From Dendrobates tinctorius (taxonomy: Eukaryota): DNA of 64,000 nt. The translations under genes and the position numbers were made by a program. The DNA is taken from NCBI RefSeq assembly GCF_039654945.1, contig NW_027361869.1:7130001-7194000 (forward strand), in the 5' to 3' direction. The notes beneath the pieces were generated by a model. That model saw nothing but the letters and a program-made list of their open reading frames with translations, had not been told where the DNA came from and did not search any database. Of this stretch, positions 12,165 through 23,818 are shown piece after piece; position 1 is the stretch's first letter; each line of letters begins with the position of its first letter.

Positions 12165-15100
12165 TATTATTATTATTATTTTTATTATTTATTGTTATAG
12201 CGCCATTTATTCCATGGCGCTTTACATGTGAGGAGGGGTATACATAAAAACAAGTACAATAATCTTAAACAATACAAGTCATAACTGGTACAGGAGGAGA
12301 GAGGACCCTGCCCGCGAGGGCTCACAATCTTCAAGGGATGGGTGATAATACAGTAGGCGAGGGTAGAGCTGGTCGTGCAGCGGTTTGGTCGATCGGTGGT
12401 TACTGCAGGTTATAGGCTTGTCGGAAGAGGTGGGTCTTCAGGCTCTTTTTGAAGGTTTCGATGGTAGGTGAGAGTCTGATATGTTGTGGTAGAGAGTTCC
12501 AGAGTAGGGGTGATGCGCGAGAGAAATCTTGTATGCGATTGTGGGAAGAGGAGATAAGAGGGGAGTAAAGAAGGAGATCTTGTGAGGATCGGAGGTTGCG
12601 TGCAGGAAAGTACCGGGAGACGAGGTCACAGATGTATGGAGGAGACAGGTTGTGGACTGCTTTGTATGTCATGGTTAGGGTTTTGTAATGGAGTCTCTGG
12701 GCAATTGGGAGCCAGTGAAGGGATTGACAGAGGGGAGAAGCTGGGGAATAGCGGGGGGACAGGTGGATTAGTCGGGCAGCAGAGTTTAGAATAGATTGGA
12801 GGGGTGTGAGAGTGTTTGAGGGGAGGCCACAGAGCATGAGGTTGCAGTAGTCAAGGCGAGAGATGATGAGGGCATGGACTAGGGTTTTTGCAGATTCTTG
12901 GGTGAGGAATGAACGGATGCGTGAAATATTTTTGAGTTGAAGTCGGCAGGAAGTGGAAAGGGTTTGGATATGTGGTTTGAAGGAGAGATCAGCGTCAAGG
13001 ATTACTCCGAGGCAGCGAGCGTGTGGGACTGGGGAGAGTGGGCAGTCATTTACTGTAATTGATAGGTTCGTAGGGGGGGTCACGTGAGATGGGGGAAAGA
13101 TGATGAATTCTGTTTTGTCCATGTTGAGTTTCAGATATCTAGTGGAGAAGAAGGATGAAATAGTGGACAGACATTGAGGGATTCTGGTTAGTAGGGAGGT
13201 GATATCTGGTCCAGAGATGTAGATCTGTGTGTCATCAGCATAAAGATGATACTGAAAGCCATGAGATTCTATGAGCTGTCCCAGGCCAAAGGTGTAAATA
13301 GAGAACAGCAGGGGCCCTAGGACTGAACCTTGTGGGACTCCGACAGATAGGGGGCGAGGTGAGGAGGTGGTGTGTGAGTGGGAGACGCTGAATGTCCGGT
13401 CTGTTAGGTATGATGAGATCCAGGAGAGGGCCAAGTCTGTGATGCCGAGGGATGAGAGGGTCTGTAATAATAGGGAATGGTCCACTGTGTCAAAGGCAGC
13501 CGACAGGTCCAGGAGGAGGAGGACAGAGTAGTGTCGCTTGCTCTTGGCAGTTAAGAGGTCATTGGTGACCTTAGTAAGGGCAGTTTCAGTGGAGTGGTGT
13601 GACCGGAAGCCAGATTGTAAGCGGTCGAAGAGGGAGCAAGAAGAGAGATGGGAGGACAGTTCAAGGTAGACGTGTTGTTCCAGTAGCTTGGAGGCGTATG
13701 GGAGAAGTGATATAGGGCGATAGCTAGATACAGAGAATGGGTCAAGAGAGGGCTTTTTGAGGATAGGTGTGATGGAGGCATGTTTAAAGCTTGAGGGGAA
13801 AACACCAGTTGTTAGTGACAGGTTGAAGAGATGGGTTAGGGTTGGGATGAAGACTGTGGTGAGGTTTGGGATGAAGTGGGATGGGATCGGGTCGAGTGCA
13901 CAGGTGGTGAGATGTGATCTTGAGAGTAGAGTGGAGAGTCGATCTTCTGTAATGGTGGAGAAGTTGGTTTTGAAGGTGGAGGGCTGGGAAGTCGGGAGGA
14001 AGGGCTCTGGGGGTTGTTGACCAAAACTGTCCCTGATGTTATCAATTTTCTGCTTGAAAAATGAGGCAAAGTCTTCAGCTGAGATGAGTGGGGAGGGAGG
14101 AGGTGCTGGGGGGCGGAGGAGAGAATTGAAGGTGCTGAATAACTGTTTAGGGTTGTGAGACAGGGAGGATATGAGAGATGAGAAGTAGGTTTGTTTAGCT
14201 GTGGCGAGTGTGGTCTTGAAAGTAGTGAGGGACTGTTTGAATGCGATGAAGTGCTCGTTGGAGTGGGATCTTTTCCATCTGCGCTCAGCAGCCCTGGCAG
14301 CTCGCCTCAGCTCTTTGGTCAGGCTGGTGTGCCAGGGCTGTCTGTTGATTTTGCGAGTTTTGGTATGTGTAAGTGGGGCAGCGGATTCCAAAGCTACAGC
14401 TATTGTGGTGTTATATAGAGCGGCAGCGTCATCCGCATTGTGTAAGGAACTTATATCTGTAAGAGGGAGGAGGGATTCAGAGAATGAGTGTAGGTCAAGG
14501 TGTTTAAGATTCCTGCGAGGGTGTGAAAGTTTGTGGGGTGGGGATTGTAGACATGGAGTGAAGAGGGAAGAGAATGTGAGCAGGTTGTGGTCAGAGAGAG
14601 GAAGAGGTGAGTTAGAGAGGTTAGATAGGGAGCAGAGGCGGGTGAAGATGAGGTCCAGTGTGTGGCCATCTTTGTGGGTGGCTGTAGAAGACCATTGAGT
14701 GAGGCCGAAGGAGGAAGTGAGAGATAGAAGTTTAGTGGCAGCTGAGAGGGAAGTGTCGATGGGGATGTTGAAGTCGCCCATGATGATAGTAGGGATGTCC
14801 GCGGAAAGGAAATGAAGTAACCAGGTGGTGAAGTGGTCAAAGAAGGTGGTGGCTGGCCCTGGGGGGCGGTAGATGACAGCCAGTTGGAGGTTGGAGGGGG
14901 AGTAGATGCGCACAGAGTGCACCTCAAAGGAAGGGAGGGTAACAGAGGGTGGCAGTGGGATTGGGGCGAAGGAGCAGGTATCTGACAGGAGAAAACCAAC
15001 TCCTCCACCATGTTTGCTGCTGGGGCGGGGGGTGTGAGAAAGGTGGAAGCCGCCATACGAAAGTGCAGCAGGAGAGGCTGTGTCAGAAGGAGTGAGCCAG

Positions 15101-15371
15101 GTTTCGGTAATGGCGAGGAAGGAGAGTTTGGTAGTAACAAAAAGATCATGGATGTAGGAAAGCTTGTTGCAGACAGAGCGAGCGTTCCACAGAGCTCCTG
15201 TTAGTGGGACTGGGGAAGCGGGGGCTGGGTGAATGGGTATAAGGTTGGAGAGGTTACGGAAGGTTGTGATAGAGTGTGGATGGGAGGTAGAAATGACTGT
15301 GGGAATGTGGTGAGGAGGACCAGGATTTGGGGAGATATCGCCAGCAGTGAGAAGGAGCAGAGAAAGTGTCA
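12165..15371 (-). mobile_element. L2-clade LINE, 5'-truncated, young
   Basis: Uninterrupted EN-RT frame, 3' stem-loop (AGCGCCAT..ATGGCGCT) and (AAT)n tail. 9-bp TSD CAGTCCCAT at 12156-12164 and 15372-15380. Confidence 0.95.
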
Positions 15372-15372
15372 C
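12400..15372 (-). CDS. L2 ORF2 (2A-like peptide, APE endonuclease, reverse transcriptase); no ATG at the 5' end
   Basis: WNARS, ITETWL, MGDFN, TLDL, SDH endonuclease motifs; [25 protein letters not shown] motifs. Confidence 0.92.
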   Translation of the reverse strand: MTLSLLLLTAGDISPNPGPPHHIPTVISTSHPHSITTFRNLSNLIPIHPAPASPVPLTGALWNARSVCNKLSYIHDLFVTTKLSFLAITETWLTPSDTASPAALSYGGFHLSHTPRPSSKHGGGVGFLLSDTCSFAPIPLPPSVTLPSFEVHSVRIYSPSNLQLAVIYRPPGPATTFFDHFTTWLLHFLSADIPTIIMGDFNIPIDTSLSAATKLLSLTSSFGLTQWSSTATHKDGHTLDLIFTRLCSLSNLSNSPLPLSDHNLLTFSSLFTPCLQSPPHKLSHPRRNLKHLDLHSFSESLLPLTDISSLHNADDAAALYNTTIAVALESAAPLTHTKTRKINRQPWHTSLTKELRRAARAAERRWKRSHSNEHFIAFKQSLTTFKTTLATAKQTYFSSLISSLSHNPKQLFSTFNSLLRPPAPPPSPLISAEDFASFFKQKIDNIRDSFGQQPPEPFLPTSQPSTFKTNFSTITEDRLSTLLSRSHLTTCALDPIPSHFIPNLTTVFIPTLTHLFNLSLTTGVFPSSFKHASITPILKKPSLDPFSVSSYRPISLLPYASKLLEQHVYLELSSHLSSCSLFDRLQSGFRSHHSTETALTKVTNDLLTAKSKRHYSVLLLLDLSAAFDTVDHSLLLQTLSSLGITDLALSWISSYLTDRTFSVSHSHTTSSPRPLSVGVPQGSVLGPLLFSIYTFGLGQLIESHGFQYHLYADDTQIYISGPDITSLLTRIPQCLSTISSFFSTRYLKLNMDKTEFIIFPPSHVTPPTNLSITVNDCPLSPVPHARCLGVILDADLSFKPHIQTLSTSCRLQLKNISRIRSFLTQESAKTLVHALIISRLDYCNLMLCGLPSNTLTPLQSILNSAARLIHLSPRYSPASPLCQSLHWLPIAQRLHYKTLTMTYKAVHNLSPPYICDLVSRYFPARNLRSSQDLLLYSPLISSSHNRIQDFSRASPLLWNSLPQHIRLSPTIETFKKSLKTHLFRQAYNLQ

Positions 15373-15430
15373 AGTCCCATGTGAGCACGCAGAGATCAGC
15401 GGCGTCAGCTCTTGTGGCGACGGTGTGGGT

Positions 15431-15446
15431 GGCTCTTAGAAGAGCC
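15431..15446 (-). terminator. H2A histone 3' stem-loop, with HDE CAAGAGCTG at about 15406-15414
   Basis: AAA-GGCTCT TCTA AGAGCC-ACCCA on the minus strand. Confidence 0.95.
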
Positions 15447-15479
15447 TTTGGTGTTGTGGACAGAGATCGGCGGCAGCGC

Positions 15480-16567
<1,088 letters not shown>

Positions 16568-16601
16568 TCTGCTCAGTCTGCTGCTCCGCCATCACCCCAA
16601 A

Positions 16602-16617
16602 GGCTCTTCTAAGAGCC
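16602..16617 (+). terminator. H2B stem-loop, with HDE CAGAGCTGT at about 16633-16641
   Basis: AAA-GGCTCT TCTA AGAGCC-ACCA. Confidence 0.95.
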
Positions 16618-17669
16618 ACCACCCCATCTCCATCAGAGCTGTGGCTGCTCCTGTGTCCTTTCCCGTCTCCCCGAGTTGTCTGCTCCACCGCCTGGGTCTC
16701 TGCGTCTAGTGACGGGAAGTGACAGGTGAAGGAAGTAGGGATGATGAATGCTACCAAGGAGATTGTGAGAACCGAGGACCTTCTAAATAATAACCTGGTC
16801 ACTTCTCCATAAGTTGCTCTGTGTTCAGGGACTACTCTTTAACCCCTTGCTCCACAGATCTTGATATTCTGGGGTCTCATTCATTTGGTATAACATGATT
16901 CGGTTTAGTTCATGATACACCATGATGACTAATAACACTTTCTAAGCCGGGATGCTTTGAGACTGAATTTTCTCCCCCATGCAGCACCAGACAGTGAGCT
17001 GACGATTTTCCTCTCTGCACTTAGTTCATGATTCTCGTGTTTTTCTCAAATAACAGGAGACATTTGTAGTCGGTGCAGTTTTATCTAGAGATTATGCTGG
17101 AGTCTTCACTGTAAAGGGAAGCGGTGACGACATTTTAGAAGCAGCGGGAAATTCAAACCCCCTAACCGTCCTGTGTTCAGCCAATCCGCAGAGGGAGGGG
17201 AGGAGCTAATGTTCCCAATGGTTGACACGTTTGCAGCTCCCGCTTTTTCTGTTCTTTGTCTCCATATAACGCGCGGTCCCAGGACGGAGCGATGTCGGGG
17301 AATCTGCAGGTGTTGAGAGGTCGCTGGTCGCTTACATCCCATACAGGAGTCTGCAGCTGTTCCTGGTTAGAGAATGAATCCGCGTTAGGCAGATGCTGTG
17401 ATGCCCCGTGTGTCTGACCTGCAGGCGATCACATCTCCCTTTCTCGTCATAATCAGTATTGTGGAGACAATATATTGGCTAGAGATGTATCCTACAAGAG
17501 ACATTTCAGGGGAGACCAATTCTGCTCTTCCAAGCAGATCCCACCTGCAGCTCCAGGCAGGAGGTCTGTGATGGGAAATGTGCGATCATGTAGAGAAGAT
17601 TGCCGAGAGCTCAGTGCACAATACATTACACTGTGATGTCAGGATCCTCTAGGTCAGACATGTCATGAC

Positions 17670-20600
17670 TAGTGTTGAGCATTCCGATACCGCAAGTATC
17701 GGGTATCGGCCGATACTTGCTGTATCGGAATTCCGATACCGACTTCCGATATTTTTTCAATATCGGAATTCGGCATCGGAATCGGAAGTTCAGTTGATTG
17801 ACGGCCTGACGTCATCATGATGCGCGGTGTGTGCGCATCATGATGCGCCGTCATTTCGGGCCTTCCGGGGGTCTCTGCCGGCCTGCCGGGGGGCTGTGTG
17901 GACTGCCCGGGGTCTCTGCCGGCCTGCCGGGGGGCTGTGCCGGCCTGCCGGGGGGCTGTGCACCCTGTGGGGGTCTGTACCGGCCTGCCGGGGGGCTGTG
18001 CCGGCCTGCCGGGGGGCTGTGCTGATGTCCGGGGGTCTGTGCAAGCATCGTCCGATGGGACTACAAGTCCCATCGGGCGATGCCTGCTACCATGACAGTG
18101 ATTGACACATTAGCCAATGATGGGACAGTAGTAGTCCCATCATCCGGCTAATGTGTTAAATGTTAAAAAAAAAATAAAAAAAAATACTACATACATACTA
18201 CATGCTACATACATACTACATATATACTACATACATACTACATACATGCTACATACATACTACATGCATGCTACATACATACTACATATATACTACATAC
18301 ATACTGCATGCTACATACATACTACATACATACTACATATATACTACATGCATGCTACATATATACTACATGCTACATACATACTACATACATACTACAT
18401 GCATGCTACATATATACTACATGCATGCTACATATATACTACATACATACTACATATATACTACATACATGCTACATACATACTACATACATACTACATA
18501 TATACTACATGCATGCTACATATATACTACATGCTACATACATACCACATACATACTACATACATGCTACATATATACTACATGCATGCTACATACATAC
18601 TACATATATACTACATGCATGCTACATACATACTACATGCTACATGCATGCTACATACATACTACATACATACTACATGCTACATACATACCACATATAT
18701 ACTACATACATACAATACATTCATACAATACATACATAGACATACAGTACATATAACATAGAGTAACATACTTACCAATACTTGTCACATTGTTCCCCGA
18801 AGCCATTGTCTTTCCGGAATAAATATTAACATAACAAACCACAAAAATACTCACCCACGATCCGAAGCAGTCCACGAGTGTGTCCCACGACGATCTTGGG
18901 TAGAGAACGGCAGCATCAGATGATGCTGCCGTTCTCTACGGGCTGCAGGAATCCAATGACGGAAGGTAGGTATCCTTCCGCACTGTATTCCTCCGCCACT
19001 TAAAAAAAAAAAAGTCCCTAGTCTCACTTTATGCCATTGCTGCGTGGGAAATTCCCACACAGCAATGGCATAAAGTGAGACTAGGGACTTTTTTTTTTTT
19101 TAAGTGGCGGAGGAATACAGTGCGGAAGGATACCTACCTTCCGTCATTGGATTCCTGCAGCCCGTAGAGAACGGCAGCATCAGCTGATGCTGCAGTTCTC
19201 TACCCAAGATCGTCGTGGGACACACTCGTGGACTGCTTCGGATCGTGGGTGAGTATTTTTGTGGTTTGTTATGTTAATATTTATTCCGTAGACGACAATG
19301 GCTTCGGGGAACAATGTGACAAGTATTGGTAAGTATGTTACTCTATGTTATATGTACTGTATGTCTATGTATGTATTGTATGAATGTATTGTATGTATGT
19401 AGTATATATGTGGTATGTATGTAGCATGTAGTATGTATGTAGTATGTATGTAGCATGCATGTAGCATGTAGTATGTATGTAGCATGCATGTAGTATATAT
19501 GTAGTATGTATGTAGCATGCATGTAGTATATATGTAGCATGTATGTAGTATGTATGTGGTATGTATGTAGCATGTAGTATATATGTAGCATGCATGTAGT
19601 ATATATGTAGTATGTATGTAGCATGTATGTAGTATATATGTAGTATGTATGTAGTATATATGTAGCATGCATGTAGTATATATGTAGTATGTATGTAGTA
19701 TATATGTAGCATGCATGTAGTATATATGTAGTATGTATGTAGTATATATGTAGCATGTATGTAGTATGTATGTAGCATGCATGTAGCATGTAGTATGTAT
19801 GTAGCATGCATGTAGTATATATGTAGTATGTATGTAGCATGCATGTAGTATATATGTAGCATGCATGTAGTATGTATGTGGTATGTATGTAGTATATATG
19901 TAGTATGTATGTGGTATGTATGTAGTATATATGTAGTATGTATGTAGTATATATGTAGTATGTATGTAGTATATATGTAGCATGTATGTAGTATGTATGT
20001 AGCATGCATGTAGCATGTAGTATGTATGTAGCATGCATGTAGTATATATGTAGTATGTATGTAGCATGCATGTAGTATATATGTAGTATGTATGTAGCAT
20101 GCATGTAGTATATATGTAGCATGCATGTAGTATATATGTAGTATGTATGTAGTATATATGTAGCATGTATGTAGTATGTATGTAGCATGCATGTAGCATG
20201 TAGTATGTATGTAGCATGCATGTAGTATATATGTGGTATGTATGTAGCATGCATGTAGTATATATGTAGCATGCATGTAGTATATATGTAGTATGTATGT
20301 AGCATGCATGTAGTATATATGTAGCATGCATGTAGTATATATGTAGCATGCATGTAGTATATATGTAGTATGTATGTAGTATATATGTAGCATGTATGTA
20401 GTATGTATGTAGCATGCATGTAGCATGTAGTATGTATGTAGCATGCATGTAGTATATATGTAGTATGTATGTAGCATGCATGTAGTATATATGTAGTATG
20501 TATGTAGTATATATGTAGTATGTATGTTGCATGTAGTATGAATGTAGCATGTATGTAGTATGTATGTAGCATGCATGTAGCATGTAGTATGTATGTAGCA

Positions 20601-21293
20601 TGCATGTAGTATATATGTAGTATGTATGTAGCATGCATGTAGTATATATGTAGCATGCATGTAGTATATATGTAGTATGTATGTTGCATGTAGTATGAAT
20701 GTAGCATGTATGTAGTATGTAGTATGAATGTAGCATGTAATTTTTTTTTTTTTTTTTTTTTTTACATTTAACACATTAGCCGGATGATGGGACTACTACT
20801 GTCCCATCATTGGCTAATGTGTCAATCACTGTCATGGTAGCAGGCATCGCCCGATGGGACTTGTAGTCCCATCGGACGATGCCTGCACAGACCCCCGGAG
20901 CCTGCACAGACCACCGGCAGGCCGGCACAGCCCCCCGGCAGGCCGGCACAGCCCCCCGGAGCCTGCACAGACCACCGGCAGGCCGGCACAGACCACCGGA
21001 GCCTGCACAGACCCCCTGGCAGGCCGGCACAGCCCCCCGGCAGGCCGGCACAGCCCCCCGGAGCCTGCACAGACCCCCTGGCAGGCCGGCACAGCCCCCC
21101 GAAAGGCCCGTACAGACCCCAGAGAGGCTGTACAAGGGCAGGAAAGGGTTTTTCTTATTCCGATACCGGAAGACCCATAGACTTGAATGGGACTTCCGGT
21201 ATCGGAATCGGCGATACCGATACTTTTTTTAAAGATCGGCCGATACCATCCGATACGATACTTTGAAGTATCGGATGGTATCGCTCAACTCTA
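17670..21293. mobile_element. Non-autonomous hAT foldback element (palindrome centred near 19050) with GC-rich minisatellite and TACA-type microsatellite in each arm
   Basis: TIRs TAG(T/A)GTTGAGC; 8-bp TSD GTCATGAC at 17662-17669 and 21294-21301; arms are reverse complements. Confidence 0.9.
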
Positions 21294-21951
21294 GTCATGA
21301 CATCATCTCCCATCACATCCTCCTCACAGATGTTTTTTAAATAATTACTGCAGGATATGGGGCGATATTGGCGGCTGGGATCAGTCAGGATCACTGCTGA
21401 GCTCTGATTTTCAGCCTTTTCTGTCATTATGTTAATAATTGTTTTTCCTAATTAATTGTAGCTGACAGCAGGTCCCTACTCTGCAGCAATGTGAGCTATG
21501 ATGTGGTGGAAAAAAGAATCATTGCCAGGGGAAGAAGAAAACACAAATATAAGGACAGTAGTGTCATAATTGCCCGAAGTAATGATGACTCCTATCATAG
21601 CACAAATGTCCCTAATGCGGGAATATAAGACCTGAATAAAGGCAGAGAGGGCTTAGCCCTGGGGTTAATATAAATGTAATATTCTCTGTGAAAACCGGAG
21701 ATCCTGTGATTACTGAGGACTGAGCCTTATATCAGGCAGTGTATCTACCGGTGTGAGATCCCCTGGGCGGCTGCCTGTAATATCTGTGGTTACAGTCTGT
21801 TCTGTCCTCCTGACATATACTGGGGCCGTGTCTGCTCCCCTCTATTTGTGCTGCCCATTTATCTATAGGCTGAATCTGGAATAATTCTCATCACAGGGGA
21901 AGAAGTGACATTATATTACAAGCTGGAAAGAAAAGGGAAACTGAACAATGA

Positions 21952-22453
<502 letters not shown>

Positions 22454-22483
22454 TTGTATTCTCTTCTGTGCTGACAACCCAAA

Positions 22484-22499
22484 GGCTCTTTTCAGAGCC
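22484..22499 (+). terminator. H4 stem-loop
   Basis: AAA-GGCTCT TTTC AGAGCC-ACCCA; HDE-like GAGAGGCT follows. Confidence 0.97.
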
Positions 22500-23818
22500 A
22501 CCCACATCTACCTGAGAGGCTACGATTTCCAATTCCTGCATTCTGGTGCCTGTAAGTATACTAGTTGTCACAGCCTGGCATGTGTCTTGCACTTTCCTCC
22601 TTCCATACTGGAGCTGGCACCGCGGACTTGGGGTGATGTGGTTTATTCTCCTTGATCTATAATATACAGCTGCCACGTTCTTGGGGCATACAGTATATCC
22701 GCACTGTGCAGCACAGACATCTCTGCACCACAGTACATACCTCGCTGTGATGTGGTCACTACAGAGCAGAAATCCAAGTTCTGCCGTGAGATGAACGTGA
22801 TTCTGCTACAGGTCTTCCTGATCAGATCAGTGTGTGTGTCAGGAGGCAGCGAATACTCCCGGGGATTGTCGCTGGATAGATGCGCCTCCCCCAAAGGCTC
22901 CTATCAGAGCCGCACACATGTGTTCTGGAGAAGCTACAATTCCTGATATTTGATGACTGCGGTGATGGAGTCTGGTCAGATCCTATTTCTCAGGATTGGT
23001 GTAAATCCAGTGAGGAGCGGTCACATCCTGTACCGGTAACTGCTCCCCCTTGTTAGTGGCGGCTCCCCGGTATGTCCAGCGCCTGCATCTCATCACTACC
23101 ACCCTCCTCATTTACCATCTACATGTGGCCACTGATTGTGACCTCCTGACTGCTCCTAATAACATGGACTGGAGCTACAGCCGGCAGCGGTCTCCTGTGC
23201 TCGGGCTGATGGATGAAGCCGCTCCCTCCCCGCAGCCGGACATTAGCGGCTCGTTCCCCTCATGACGGGGAGGTTTCTGGTGTCTTATCCTATTTATCAG
23301 TAGTCGGAGCCAGAAGAGAGAACAGAGTCCGCACCCCGAATGTACAGCGCCGTCATCCGAGCCCGGCGGACCATAGCGAGGACTGGAGATGAGGCGGCTC
23401 CGGAGCCTGTGTATTTCTGAGTGCGGAGAGCGCCATCCCTCCAGAGGAGAAAAAGTCTCGCATACAAGATAACTGCATAAATGTGGTTGGTGAGATAATG
23501 AGCAGCGGCCACCGTTCTGGGGATTGAGGGGTTAATACAATCTCACTTTACCACATGATCTGCAGGTATAATGGCCGCTTACTCCTGACAGTGATTGGGA
23601 AATGATGTCTCTTCCACAAGCAGAGAACAGTCACTGAAGGGTTAATGATCGAGGGCCGAGAGCACGACTGAGCGGGAGATTCAAATCATCAAACGGTTAT
23701 AAAGCTCCGCCCACAGGAACCGACCATAGAATCATAGAATCATAGAATCATAGAATCGTAGAGTTGGAAGGGACCTCCTGGGCCATCTGGTCCAACCCCC
23801 TGCTCAAAGCAGGATTTG

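Noticed and set aside
18153-20774. H/T/Y/I-rich long ORFs (also 62239-63686)
   Set aside because: Stop-free TACA-type microsatellite inside a MITE.
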